The notes under the pieces are model-generated. The model did no database searches. It was not told the DNA's origin and worked only from the letters and a program-made list of their open reading frames with translations. From Chloroflexota bacterium (GTDB taxonomy: Bacteria > Chloroflexota > Dormibacteria > CF-121), in assembly GCA_005881715.1 (NCBI GenBank), contig VBEE01000036.1, positions 5,961 through 55,524 on the forward strand: a DNA stretch of 49,564 nucleotides, written 5' to 3'. The translations under genes were made by a program, and so were the position numbers. This document shows, piece by piece, positions 29,055 to 38,842 of this stretch (its first letter is position 1; each line of letters begins with the position of its first letter).

Positions 29055-30840
29055 TCGTCATCAGAACTTCGTTGGGGGCGACGATGCTCCCCTCTTTGGC
29101 GAAGACTTCGCGGACGGTCCCGCCGAGCGTGGCGACGATGTCGTTCTGCATCTTCATGGCTTCCAGCACGACCACCACGTCGCCGAGGCGAACCTTGTCG
29201 CCGGGCGCCACCTTGACCTTGACGACCATGCCCTGCATGGGGGCCTGGATAGCGCCGTTGCCGCCGGCCGCCCTGGCAGCGGACGGTGCCGCGATTGCGG
29301 CGCGAGGGGCGCCGGCAGCCTCGCCGGGGACACCATCGGCGAGAATCCGAACCCGGTACGGCTCGCCATCGACCTCAACCGTGAATTCGCGCGCTGCTGG
29401 GGGCGGCGTGGCGGGCGGCACCGAGGCGGCCACGGGCGCGGGGGCCGCCACCGACTCCACCGGTTGGCTCGAACTGGCGGCTGGAACCTGCTCGACCCGG
29501 CGCGCCGAGGGACGGAGGATGCCGGGCGCCTCGTTCGGAAACAAGATATAGGTCAGGACCTGGTCGATCCCGGTCGGCGTCAGCCCTTGCTTGCGCATCT
29601 CACGCCGAGCCCGGTCCAAGCCGGGTTGCAACAGGTCGGCCGGCCTTAGCGTGATCGCCTCCGACGAGCCGAGCGAGCGCTTGCGCACCTCGGCATCGAT
29701 CGGTGCGGGCGGCGCGCCGTACAGGCCCTTGACGTAATCCCGAAAGGGCTGATCGATGTGCTGGTAACGCTTATCGCTGAGCGTGTTGGCCAGCGCCTGG
29801 TTCGCCGCGATTCGGTTGATGGGCGCGGCCATCGGTGGATAACCCATTTCCTGGCGAACCTGGACCAGCTCATGCATCAACCGGTCATAGCGATCGATGG
29901 CCTTGCGCTCGCGGAGATTGCGAATCATGACGGCCAGTACCGGGGCCGGCAGCTGGTGCTCGAGAACGTAGACGTCGTTGCGAAAGGCGATCGGATCCTG
30001 GAACTCGAGATACTCATCGTGGATCTCGTCGAAGTACCGGCTGGCCTGGCTGATCAGTGTCAGATCGAGGCCGGTGTCATACGGCCCGTCGTGCAGGCTG
30101 GCGACCATCGTCTCGGTGGCCGGTTGCGAGGCGCCCCAGGCGAGCGCTGAGAGTGCCGTATCCACCCCGGTCGCGCCGGCTTCGATCGCGGCGAAGTAGG
30201 AGATGGGCGCCAGGGCTGTCGTTGAGTGGGAATGGATGCTGATGGGGAGCTTGGTCCCGGTCACGAGCGCGCTCACCAGGGTCCGCGCGGTGGCCGGCGC
30301 CAGGATGCCGGCGACATCTTCGATGCCGATCCAATCCGCGCCGAGCGCCTTCAACCGGTTCGCCGACCGCACCAGCCAGGCCTCATCTTCCACCGGGCTC
30401 GGGCTGTAGACGAGCGCCCCGATCACGCGCGCACCCGCCTGGTGCGCCGCCTCGATGGGCACCTCGAGGTTGCGCAGATCATTGAGCGGGTCGAACATAC
30501 GGACCACGCGAATTCCGTCTTCCACCGCCTGCTGGATGAAGGCGCGCACCACGTCGTCGGGCTGATGCGACTGGGCGATCAGCGTCTGGCCGCGGATCAA
30601 CATCTGCAGCGGCGTTTTCTCGATGGCGCCGCGCAGGGCGCGCAGCCGTTGCCACGGATCCTCCTGGAGCGCGCGTACCGAGGCCGCGAAGGTCCAGCCG
30701 CCCCAAGCATCGAGGGCGTGATAGCCGATATCGTCGAGGTTTTTGGCGATGGGCAGCACGTGCTGCAGCTTGAGGCGGCCCTGCACCAGGCTCTGCTGCG
30801 CGTCCCGCAGCACGGTCTCGGTGATCAAGACCCTGGGCAC
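29047..30840 (-). CDS. PycB/OadA-like carboxyltransferase-biotin carrier protein with a divergent active site
   Basis: ETVLRDAQQS, EDPW.RL, QMLIRG, HSH, SQPATE, Ala/Pro linker, LEAMKMQN biotinylation motif. Confidence 0.88.
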   Translation of the reverse strand: MPRVLITETVLRDAQQSLVQGRLKLQHVLPIAKNLDDIGYHALDAWGGWTFAASVRALQEDPWQRLRALRGAIEKTPLQMLIRGQTLIAQSHQPDDVVRAFIQQAVEDGIRVVRMFDPLNDLRNLEVPIEAAHQAGARVIGALVYSPSPVEDEAWLVRSANRLKALGADWIGIEDVAGILAPATARTLVSALVTGTKLPISIHSHSTTALAPISYFAAIEAGATGVDTALSALAWGASQPATETMVASLHDGPYDTGLDLTLISQASRYFDEIHDEYLEFQDPIAFRNDVYVLEHQLPAPVLAVMIRNLRERKAIDRYDRLMHELVQVRQEMGYPPMAAPINRIAANQALANTLSDKRYQHIDQPFRDYVKGLYGAPPAPIDAEVRKRSLGSSEAITLRPADLLQPGLDRARREMRKQGLTPTGIDQVLTYILFPNEAPGILRPSARRVEQVPAASSSQPVESVAAPAPVAASVPPATPPPAAREFTVEVDGEPYRVRILADGVPGEAAGAPRAAIAAPSAARAAGGNGAIQAPMQGMVVKVKVAPGDKVRLGDVVVVLEAMKMQNDIVATLGGTVREVFAKEGSIVAPNEVLMTIG

Positions 30841-30846
30841 GCCGCT

Positions 30847-30852
30847 ATTCTA
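30847..30852 (-). promoter_or_regulatory. -10 element of a probable leaderless promoter for the pycB-like gene
   Basis: TAGAAT 6 nt before GTG 30840; no SD. Confidence 0.55.
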
Positions 30853-30917
30853 GGTCGCCGAATTCAACGCGAACGTGGCGTGTCACGAGTCCCCGTTCGG
30901 GCTAGAGCTCCCGCCAA

Positions 30918-31388
30918 CTACGTCGGCTTCCGGTTCGCCTCCCGTCGCTTGACCAGCTTTTCTCGGGCCCCCGGGTCGCCGAGCGCGAGGATGCCCATCG
31001 CCAGGTGACCGGCGTTGCGCGCCCCGGCATCACCGATCGCAACGGTGGCGACCGGGATGCCGGCCGGCATCTGCGCCATGGAAAGCAGGGCGTCAAGCCC
31101 ACCGAGCGCCCCCGCGGACATCGGCACGCCGATCACAGGCAGGACGCTCCATGCCGCAACCACGCCCGGCAGGTGGGCGGCCCCACCGGCGGCGGCGACC
31201 AACACCTTGATGCCTCGGCCCTCTGCCTCGGTCGCCCACTGGCGACACCCCTCGGGATCCCGGTGCGCCGAGCGAACGACCACCTCGTACGTAACCCCGT
31301 AGCCGTCGAGCACCTCGCAGCAGCGCTGTATGGTCGGCCGATCCGACTCGCTCCCCATCACGATGCCGACCAGCGGCCCGTCGCTCAC
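30918..31388 (-). CDS. purE: N5-CAIR mutase (class I PurE)
   Basis: VGIVMGS.SD, SAHR, AAHLPG, PVIGVP, G.DALLS..QMP.G.PVATV. Confidence 0.96.
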   Translation of the reverse strand: MSDGPLVGIVMGSESDRPTIQRCCEVLDGYGVTYEVVVRSAHRDPEGCRQWATEAEGRGIKVLVAAAGGAAHLPGVVAAWSVLPVIGVPMSAGALGGLDALLSMAQMPAGIPVATVAIGDAGARNAGHLAMGILALGDPGAREKLVKRREANRKPT

Positions 31389-32662
31389 GGCAGCGCGGGA
31401 GCTTCGATCTCGCGCTCCGCGAGGTCGCGGCGAAAGGTCATCCCCTGAAAGCGAATACGATCGACGTTCCGGTAGGCACGGTCCTTCGCCTCGGCCATCG
31501 ATTCGCCCAGCGCGACGAGGGTCAATACCCGGCCGCCGGCCGTCACGTAGCCCGATGGATCGGCCGCGGCGCCGGCATGGAAGACAAGAACCTCGCGCTC
31601 GATCGTGCCCAACCCTTCGATCGGGTATCCGGTGGCATAGGTCCCGGGATACCCGCGGGACGCGAGGACCACTCCCACACTCGACCTGGACGTCCAGGAC
31701 CCGCTCGCTTCCGCGAGCTCGCCGCGCGCCGCCGCCTCCAGCAATGCGATCAGGTCGGTCTCGAGCCGGGGTAAAACCACCTGGGCCTCGGGATCGCCAA
31801 AGCGGGCGTTGAATTCCAGCGCCTGGATACCTGCCGACCCCACCATCAAGCCGGCATAGAGGCAGCCGCGGTAGGGCGTACCACCGTCCCGCAATCCCTC
31901 AACGATGGGTCTCAGCACGGTCGTCACCGCCTGTTCGACGGCGTCCGGCCCAAAGAAGGAGACCGGCGAGTATCCACCCATTCCGCCGGTATTGGGTCCT
32001 CTGTCACCGTCGAAGGCGCGTTTGTAGTCACACGCCGGCGGAAGAGGCAGGATGCGTTCGCCATCGACCAGTGCCATCAACGAGACCTCGCGCCCGTCGA
32101 TTTTCTCTTCCAGCACGATGCGGTCGGCGGCGGCACCGACGGTCCGGCGCAGCATCAACGTGTCGATGCATTCCAGCGTTTCCTCCGCATCACGCGCCAC
32201 CAGCGTCCCCTTGCCTTTCGCAAGGCCATCGGCCTTGACCACGAAGGCGCGCCGCTCGCCACGCACGAAGTCCTTCGCGCTCGCTGGGTTGTCGAAGACC
32301 CGATGGGCCGGCGTCGGCACGCCGGTGCGTTCCATCAGCGATTTGGCGAACGCCTTGCTGCTCTCGATGCGCCCCGCCGCCTGGGTCGGCCCAAAGACGA
32401 GTCGGCCGGCCGCGGTCAGGCGGTCGGCCAACCCGGCGGCGACCGCCACCTCCGGTCCGATGACGGTCAAGCCGACGTCGCGCTCATTCACAAAGCGGGC
32501 GACGCCCTCGACGTCGGTTGCCTCCAGCCCGGTGTTGATGGCGATCGACCCGGTTGCGGCGTTACCGGGAGCACAGAAGACCGTATCGGTCAGCGGGCTC
32601 TGCAGCGCCTTCCAGGTCAGCGCATGCTCCCGCGCACCGCCGCCCACGACGAGGACGTTCAT
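31385..32662 (-). CDS. purD: Phosphoribosylamine-glycine ligase
   Basis: [54 protein letters not shown]. Confidence 0.97.
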   Translation of the reverse strand: MNVLVVGGGAREHALTWKALQSPLTDTVFCAPGNAATGSIAINTGLEATDVEGVARFVNERDVGLTVIGPEVAVAAGLADRLTAAGRLVFGPTQAAGRIESSKAFAKSLMERTGVPTPAHRVFDNPASAKDFVRGERRAFVVKADGLAKGKGTLVARDAEETLECIDTLMLRRTVGAAADRIVLEEKIDGREVSLMALVDGERILPLPPACDYKRAFDGDRGPNTGGMGGYSPVSFFGPDAVEQAVTTVLRPIVEGLRDGGTPYRGCLYAGLMVGSAGIQALEFNARFGDPEAQVVLPRLETDLIALLEAAARGELAEASGSWTSRSSVGVVLASRGYPGTYATGYPIEGLGTIEREVLVFHAGAAADPSGYVTAGGRVLTLVALGESMAEAKDRAYRNVDRIRFQGMTFRRDLAEREIEAPALP

Positions 32663-32666
32663 GAAC

Positions 32667-34202
32667 TTATTCCCATTCGATCGTCGACGGCGGCTTCGAA
32701 GAGATGTCGTACACCACGCGATTCACGCCTGGGACCTCGTTGACGACGCGACTCGAGATCTTCGCCAGCACTTCGTAAGGCAGCCGCGCCCAGTCGGCTG
32801 TCATGCCATCCTCGCTCTGCACGGCTCGGACCGCCACCACGTTGCCGTAGGTGCGGTAATCGCCCATCACGCCCACGCTTTGCAACGGCGTCAGGATGGC
32901 GAAGGCTTGCCAGAGCGAGCGATAGAGCCCGGCCGCTTTGATCTCGTCGATGACGATCCAGTCGGCCGCCCGTAGGGTTTCCAGCCGGTCACGCGTGACC
33001 TCGCCGATGATGCGGACCGCCAGCCCCGGACCAGGGAAGGGTTGCCGCTGCACCATGTCATCGGGAAGCCCTAACGCGGAGCCGATGGCGCGGACTTCGT
33101 CCTTGAAGAGGTAGCGAAGCGGCTCGACGAGCTGGAAGCGGAGGTCGGCAGGCAAGCCACCGACGTTGTGATGGGTTTTGATGCGGTGCGCATTGACCGT
33201 GTCATGACTCGTGCTTTCGATCACGTCCGGATAGAGGGTGCCCTGCGCCAGGAAGTCGACATTCCGCAACGTCCCGGCCTCGCGCTCGAAGACGGTGATG
33301 AACGTCGCGCCGATGCGCCGGCGCTTTTCTTCCGGGTCGATAACCCCTTGCAGGGCACCCAGGAACTGGTCGCTGGCGTCGACAGTCTTCAGGTCGATGC
33401 GCAGATGCCGCTGCATCACGTCCTCGACCCTGCGCCGCTCGTCGCGGCGGAGCAGCCCATTGTCAACCAACAAACAGGTCAGCTGACCCGGGACTGCGCG
33501 ATGCACCAGGGTTGCGCATACCGCCGAGTCGACGCCGCCGGAAAGCGCGCAGAGGACCCGCCCCTCGCCTACCTGTTCGCGAATCGCGACCGTCGCCTGC
33601 TCGATGAACGCGGCCGGCTTCCAGCTGCCGCGACAGGCCGCCACCTCATAGAGAAAGTTCCGGATGATCTCACGACCTTGCGGGGTATGAATCACCTCCG
33701 GATGGAAGGCGATGCCAAAACGCCCGGCGTCATCAGCCATCGCCGCGATCAGTGAATTGTCGGATTCGGCGAGACGCCGAAAGCCGGCCGGCGCCTCGAG
33801 GATGCTGTCGCCGTGGCTCATCCACACCGAGAGGGTCGAAGGCAGGTCCTTGAACAATCGGGAAGGCTCATCGACCCGCACGCTGGCCGGACCATACTCG
33901 CGCTTGCCGGCGCCCGCCACCCGACCACCCAGCTGGTGGGCGAGGAGCTGCATGCCATAGCAGATCCCGAGTACCGGGATGCCTGCTGTCAACACCGCTG
34001 GATCGGCAAGCGGTGCCCCGTCTCCGTACACGCTAGCCGGCCCGCCCGACAGGATGAGCGCCCGCGGGGCGCGAGCCCGGATCGTCTCCCATGGTGTCGT
34101 TCCGGGAATTAATTCGCAGTAGACGCCGGCCTCACGTACCCGGCGAGCGATCAGCTGGCTGTACTGCGAGCCGAAATCAAGCACCAGGACCAGTTCCTCC
34201 AC
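32667..34202 (-). CDS. guaA: GMP synthase (glutamine-hydrolysing)
   Basis: [58 protein letters not shown]. True start is GTG 34202 (or TTG 34211), not 34970. Confidence 0.96.
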   Translation of the reverse strand: MEELVLVLDFGSQYSQLIARRVREAGVYCELIPGTTPWETIRARAPRALILSGGPASVYGDGAPLADPAVLTAGIPVLGICYGMQLLAHQLGGRVAGAGKREYGPASVRVDEPSRLFKDLPSTLSVWMSHGDSILEAPAGFRRLAESDNSLIAAMADDAGRFGIAFHPEVIHTPQGREIIRNFLYEVAACRGSWKPAAFIEQATVAIREQVGEGRVLCALSGGVDSAVCATLVHRAVPGQLTCLLVDNGLLRRDERRRVEDVMQRHLRIDLKTVDASDQFLGALQGVIDPEEKRRRIGATFITVFEREAGTLRNVDFLAQGTLYPDVIESTSHDTVNAHRIKTHHNVGGLPADLRFQLVEPLRYLFKDEVRAIGSALGLPDDMVQRQPFPGPGLAVRIIGEVTRDRLETLRAADWIVIDEIKAAGLYRSLWQAFAILTPLQSVGVMGDYRTYGNVVAVRAVQSEDGMTADWARLPYEVLAKISSRVVNEVPGVNRVVYDISSKPPSTIEWE

Positions 34203-34228
34203 CCCAACCAAGCCCTGCCCCGTAAGGG
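34202..34228 (+). repeat. Degenerate C/G-tract repeat copy 3, abutting the guaA start
   Basis: CCCCAACC AAG CCCTGCCCC GTAA GGG; eroded right arm. Confidence 0.5.
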
Positions 34229-34273
34229 AATGATGGTGTTGTGGGGCGACGGCCCCGCCGGCGCGCGCCGCGG

Positions 34274-35479
34274 CTATGTGCCCATCCCGACTTGCTGGGC
34301 CTGCTGAAAGAGCTTGCCTTCGTTCTGGATCGCCGGGGCGATCACGAGCTCGGTCTGCTGGAACTCGCGAAGCGTGCGCGCCCCGCAGACCCCCATCGCG
34401 GAGCGCAGGGCACCGACGAGGTTCTGTGTGCCATCGTCGACGCGAGCCGGGCCCAGCAGCACCTCGCGAAGCGTCCCGCGCTGGCCGACTTTGATTCGGG
34501 TGCCGCGCGGCAGGTTGGGGTCCGGCGTGGCCATGCCCCAGTGATAGCCGCCGCCTGCGGCATCGGTCGTGCCGGCGAAGATCGATCCGATCATCACGGC
34601 GTCGGCCCCGGAGGCGAAGGCCTTGGCGATGTCGCCCCCCACTCGCATCCCGCCATCCGTGATGACCTGGACACGCCGCCCGGTTTCTTGGAGGTACGTC
34701 TCGCGGGCGGCAGCCACGTCGCTGGTCGCGGTAACCTGCGGGACGCCCACACCCAGAACCCCCCGGGTCGTGCAGGCGGCCCCCGGTCCGACTCCGACCA
34801 GGATGCCGGTAATGCCGGTCTGCATCAATTCCAGCGCCGTCTCGTAGTCGACACAATTGCCGGCGATCAGTGGGATCGTCAGGCTCGCGCAGAGCTTCTC
34901 GAAGGAGAGCTGTTCGTACGAGCGCGAGATGTGGCGGGCGGTGAGCACCGTCCCTTGAACGACCAGGCAATCCGCTCCCGCCTCCTGTACCAGGTCGGAA
35001 CGCCGGCTGGCGTGGGCCGGCACCGTGGACACCGCGACCGGGACGCCGGCTCGCTTGACGGCCGAGATCCGCTCGCCGATCAGCTGTTCCCGGACCGGGG
35101 CCTGATAGACCTTCTGCAGCAAGGCATTGATGCGGTCGCGGGGAGCTTCGGCAATTTCGCGGAGGACCCCGCTGGGGTCGACATAGCGGGTCTGGAGACC
35201 GTCGAGGTTGATGACGGCCATTCCTCCCAGCCGGCCCATTTCCACCGCGAAACGGACGTCGACGACGCCGTCCATGGCGGCCGCCAGGATCGGGACGGCG
35301 AGCCGTAACGAGCCCAGCTCGAAGGCGCTGTCGACCTCCTGTGGGTTGATCGTGACCCGCCCCGGCACCAGCGCCACCTCGTCGAAGCCGTAGGCCCGAC
35401 GGGCTCGCTTGAATCGACCCAGCTCCAGCGTGTCGCCGGCCACGATGGCCGATGGCTTGACGGGCGCACGCACACTCAT
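34274..35479 (-). CDS. guaB: GuaB3-family IMP dehydrogenase-related protein
   Basis: [31 protein letters not shown] (catalytic Cys), VPQVTA, DGG, HWGMA; no CBS domains. Confidence 0.9.
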   Translation of the reverse strand: MSVRAPVKPSAIVAGDTLELGRFKRARRAYGFDEVALVPGRVTINPQEVDSAFELGSLRLAVPILAAAMDGVVDVRFAVEMGRLGGMAVINLDGLQTRYVDPSGVLREIAEAPRDRINALLQKVYQAPVREQLIGERISAVKRAGVPVAVSTVPAHASRRSDLVQEAGADCLVVQGTVLTARHISRSYEQLSFEKLCASLTIPLIAGNCVDYETALELMQTGITGILVGVGPGAACTTRGVLGVGVPQVTATSDVAAARETYLQETGRRVQVITDGGMRVGGDIAKAFASGADAVMIGSIFAGTTDAAGGGYHWGMATPDPNLPRGTRIKVGQRGTLREVLLGPARVDDGTQNLVGALRSAMGVCGARTLREFQQTELVIAPAIQNEGKLFQQAQQVGMGT

Positions 35480-35550
35480 CGCCGTCGACCTCGAAACCGT
35501 GTCGAGCTCAAAAGGTATGCGTGAACCTCAGTAGGGGGTGGTTTTCGGGG

Positions 35551-35556
35551 ATTATA
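35551..35556 (-). promoter_or_regulatory. -10 element (TATAAT) for guaB-guaA-purD-purE
   Basis: Perfect TATAAT about 72 nt upstream of the guaB ATG. Confidence 0.5.
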
Positions 35557-35572
35557 GCGGATGGGTTTTTCG

Positions 35573-36088
35573 ATGGATCAACAACTTTCACCGCCAGATC
35601 GGGTCAGCGCCGCGTTGAGGAGAGCCGGAGTCTCGGCACGCATCGAGCAGTTTTCTACCTCCACGCGCACCGCTCAGGAGGCGGCCGACTCGATCGGCAT
35701 CCAGGTCGGCCAGATCGTGAAATCCCTGCTCTTCCTCGCGGGCGAGCGCCCGGTCCTGTCGCTCGTGTCCGGCGTCAACCAACTCGATGTCGCACGCCTC
35801 GCTTCCCTGACCGGATCACCCATCCGAAAAGCCGACGCGAATGCGGTGCGCGACGCGACCGGTTACGCCATCGGCGGCGTTCCGCCTACCGGTTTTCCGA
35901 AGCCGATCCGGACCTTCATCGACCGCGACCTGCTGCAGTACGACGTGGTCTGGGCGGCCGCCGGCACGCCGCGCCACGTGTTCCCCATCGCGCCGCAGGA
36001 GCTGGCGCGTGTGACCGCCGGCACCGTGGTCGATCTGAAGCCCCCACCCTACCCTCCCCCAGAGGGGGAGGGAAACGATCAAGGGTAG
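35573..36088 (+). CDS. YbaK/EbsC aminoacyl-tRNA deacylase family protein
   Basis: TRTA.EAA...G....QIVKSL, V...TGYAIGGVPP, D.DLL.Y..VWAAAGTP; start 35573 or 35561. Confidence 0.9.
   Translation: MDQQLSPPDRVSAALRRAGVSARIEQFSTSTRTAQEAADSIGIQVGQIVKSLLFLAGERPVLSLVSGVNQLDVARLASLTGSPIRKADANAVRDATGYAIGGVPPTGFPKPIRTFIDRDLLQYDVVWAAAGTPRHVFPIAPQELARVTAGTVVDLKPPPYPPPEGEGNDQG
36041..36072 (+). repeat. C/G-tract palindromic repeat copy 4 (encodes the YbaK C-terminal tail)
   Basis: CCCCCACCC TA CCCTCCCCC AGA GGGGGAGGG; peptide PPPYPPPEGEG. Confidence 0.85.
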
Positions 36089-37374
36089 ATGCCGCGGATG
36101 GTCGTGGCTTGCGCGACCTTGTCGACGGCCAGCACGTAGGCCGCGGTGCGCATCATCACCTTCTTTTCCAGGCTGACCCTGAGCACGTTGTCAAACGCCC
36201 GCAACATGATCCGCTCCAGCCGATCGTTGATGTCGTGCTCATCCCAGAAAAACTCCTGCAGATCCTGGACCCACTCGAAATACGAAACAGTGACGCCACC
36301 GGCGTTGGCCAGGATATCCGGGATGACGAACACCCCCTTGTCGTAGAGGATCTGGTCGGCCTCGGGAGTGGTCGGGCCATTGGCTCCCTCGCAGACGACC
36401 TTGGCCTTGATCCGGCGGGCGTTTCCCTCGTGGATCTGGTTTTCCAGCGCGGCCGGCACCAGCACGGTGACGGGCAACTCCAGCAACTCTTCATTGGAGA
36501 TGAACTCGCAGACTTTCTGCCGCAGCCGGCCATTCAGCTCCTTCTCGCGGACGACCTCGTCGAGCTCGATGCCGCCTTCGTTGTAGCAGGCGCCGTTCGA
36601 GTCGCTGACGGCGATGACCTTGCAGCCGGACTGGGCGAGCAATTTGGCGGTGGTGTAGCCGACATTACCGACGCCCTGGACCGCGACGGTCGCGTCCTCG
36701 GGGCGGATCTTTAGATGCTTCAGCGCCGCGAGCGTGGTCAGCTGGCAGCCGCGCCCGGTCGCTTCCGGCCGGCCTTCAGAGCCGCCGATGCCAAGCGGCT
36801 TGCCGGTCACAACCGCCGGCACGGAGTGGCCGGCGTGCATGCTGATGGTATCCATCATCCAGGCCATGATCTGGGCATTCGTGTTGACATCGGGGGCGGG
36901 GATGTCCCGGTCCGGTCCGATCAAGATGCTGATCTCACTCGTGTAGCGGCGGGTCAGGTTCTCGAGCTCATTACGGCTGAGGCGCTTGGGCTCGACGATC
37001 ACCCCACCCTTGGCCCCGCCGTAGGGAATCCCGACCACGGCGCATTTCCAGGTCATCCACATGGCGAGTGCCTTGACCTCATCGATGTTGACGCCCGGGT
37101 GATAACGAATGCCGCCCTTGGCGGGCCCGCGGTCGACGTTGTGATGCACCCGAAAACCGGTGAACATCTGCACGGTGTGATCGTCCATCAATACCGGGAA
37201 GGTGACGGTCAGTTCGCGCTTGCACTCCCGTAGCACCCGGGCCATATTCGGATCGAGCCCGAGCACCTCCGCGGCGATATCGAACTGTCGCTGGGCAATC
37301 TTCCACGGATTCGAATGGTCCGGCTCTGGCTGCGCAAAGCCCCTGCGCGGCGTCGCCTCTACCTTCTGAGCCAT
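36079..37374 (-). CDS. gdhA: Glutamate dehydrogenase (Glu/Leu/Phe/Val family)
   Basis: GPAKGGIRYHP, MTWKCA...PYGGAKGG, DIPAPDV, TGKP...GGS.GR..ATGRG, QG.GNVG, EGANGP, NAGGVTVSYFEW. Confidence 0.93.
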   Translation of the reverse strand: MAQKVEATPRRGFAQPEPDHSNPWKIAQRQFDIAAEVLGLDPNMARVLRECKRELTVTFPVLMDDHTVQMFTGFRVHHNVDRGPAKGGIRYHPGVNIDEVKALAMWMTWKCAVVGIPYGGAKGGVIVEPKRLSRNELENLTRRYTSEISILIGPDRDIPAPDVNTNAQIMAWMMDTISMHAGHSVPAVVTGKPLGIGGSEGRPEATGRGCQLTTLAALKHLKIRPEDATVAVQGVGNVGYTTAKLLAQSGCKVIAVSDSNGACYNEGGIELDEVVREKELNGRLRQKVCEFISNEELLELPVTVLVPAALENQIHEGNARRIKAKVVCEGANGPTTPEADQILYDKGVFVIPDILANAGGVTVSYFEWVQDLQEFFWDEHDINDRLERIMLRAFDNVLRVSLEKKVMMRTAAYVLAVDKVAQATTIRGIYP

Positions 37375-37443
37375 GTCTCCTCCTCGTTTACGCCGGCGAT
37401 GAACGCTGACCGGCGCCGGGCACCCATTACACTACACGGCACC

Positions 37444-38169
37444 GTGACGCCGCGGATGACGGTCCTGGCAAGCGTCTCGCTTGCAACGTTTCTCGTCACC
37501 GGGCTTGCCGCCACCCAGTTTCGGAGCCAGCCGCTCGCGTCCTCCAACCGCCTCGCCCGGGACGAAGCCTTGCGCCAAAGCGTGAACCAGCTCGAGGACC
37601 AGAATCGGGCGCTGAAGGCGCGGGTTCAGGCCCTGCAGGCCGAGGTCAAGGCGGGGGAAGACGAGAGTGCCCGCCGCTCGAGCGCCGTCCAGCAAGTCAA
37701 AGCCCTGCTCGATGAACAGAAAGCGATCGCCGGGCTCACCGCCCTGCACGGACCCGGCTTGACCATCGTGCTGCGCGACGGCGTCGACCCGAACGACCCG
37801 GCGGACCGTTCGCTCGGATGGACGATCCACTACCAGGATTTGCAGGACATCGTCAGCTTGCTGTGGGCGAGCGGCGCCGAGGCGGTCGCCGTGAACGGGC
37901 AGCGCGTGGTGCCCAGCACGTCATTCCACTATGCCGGCGTCAACATTCTCATCAACAACGCCAACCGGCTCACCAGCCCCTACACCGTGACGGCCCTGGG
38001 GGATCCCTCAACTCTCGCCAATGGGGTTGGCGATCCCGACCAGCTGGCCGAGCTCAAGAGCCGTAATCGCATCTACCGGCTCGGCCTGAGTTGGCTGCGC
38101 AGTACCCGGCTGAGCGTTCCGGCCTACGATACGACCTTTCTGGTGAAGAGTGCGCAACCGCTCGGCTGA
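37444..38169 (+). CDS. DUF881-family membrane protein
   Basis: N-terminal TM, coiled coil, AGLT...GPG..I.L.D, DL..IV..LW.SGAEAVAVNGQR, PY.V.ALGDP; GTG 37444 preferred start. Confidence 0.87.
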   Translation: MTPRMTVLASVSLATFLVTGLAATQFRSQPLASSNRLARDEALRQSVNQLEDQNRALKARVQALQAEVKAGEDESARRSSAVQQVKALLDEQKAIAGLTALHGPGLTIVLRDGVDPNDPADRSLGWTIHYQDLQDIVSLLWASGAEAVAVNGQRVVPSTSFHYAGVNILINNANRLTSPYTVTALGDPSTLANGVGDPDQLAELKSRNRIYRLGLSWLRSTRLSVPAYDTTFLVKSAQPLG

Positions 38170-38833
38170 CCGGACCGCGCGTTTTCAGCGGGTCATGGTG
38201 GTCAGCCTGATCGGCCTGGCGCTTGGCTTTCTGGTCGTCGTGCAGCTTCGGTCGCAGGCCGCGGTCGCCCGCACGCTGGCGTCCCAGGACAACACCAGCG
38301 TGGCGTTGCTGATCAACGACCTGAACCGGGCCAACAATCAGCTCATCCAGCAAGCGGCGGCGCTTTCCCTGCAGGAGACGCAGCTGCGCCAGGCCCTGAC
38401 CGCCGGCGGCGCCGACGCGCAAACAATCTCGAAGGAGCTCCAGACCCTGCGGGCGGTGACGGGTGCCGTCCCAGTGCACGGCCCTGGACTGCAAATTCGG
38501 ATCATGGGGCCGATCATGGACTTTGAGTTGCAGGACTTACTCAACAGCCTCCGCGCCGCGGGTGGCGAAGCCTTCTCCCTCAATGGCAGTCGGATGATCG
38601 GCAGCACGCCGATTGCGAGCCGTGGAAACACGCTGATGATCGGCGGGCATGCCGTCAGCGCACCCCTGGTGCTGCTGGTGATCGGCGACCCCGAGCAACT
38701 GGAGCCGGCGGCGGACCTGTCTGCCAGCAGCCTCCAGACCCGGGTGCAGGTCGATATCCAGCGTAAATCCGACATCACCATCACCGAGGTCATCAGCGCT
38801 CGTCCGCTGATTTACGCGCAGCTCGGCCGGTAG
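38150..38833 (+). CDS. DUF881-family membrane protein (second paralogue)
   Basis: LGFLVVVQ.R, G..PV.GPG..I.I, L..LLN.LRAAGGEA.SLNG.R, IGDP..L; start 38150 or 38195. Confidence 0.87.
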   Translation: MRNRSADRTARFQRVMVVSLIGLALGFLVVVQLRSQAAVARTLASQDNTSVALLINDLNRANNQLIQQAAALSLQETQLRQALTAGGADAQTISKELQTLRAVTGAVPVHGPGLQIRIMGPIMDFELQDLLNSLRAAGGEAFSLNGSRMIGSTPIASRGNTLMIGGHAVSAPLVLLVIGDPEQLEPAADLSASSLQTRVQVDIQRKSDITITEVISARPLIYAQLGR

Positions 38834-38842
38834 ACTCTGTTG

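Noticed and set aside
34212-34970. Apparent N-terminal extension of GuaA, or a GuaB-GuaA fusion
   Set aside because: It is a different frame overlapping guaB, which has its own TAG at 34274-34276; the extension is low-complexity and no slippery site was evident.
35480-35545. Possible guanine-sensing leader before guaB
   Set aside because: Only a 5-bp CTCGA/TCGAG stem; no purine riboswitch core.
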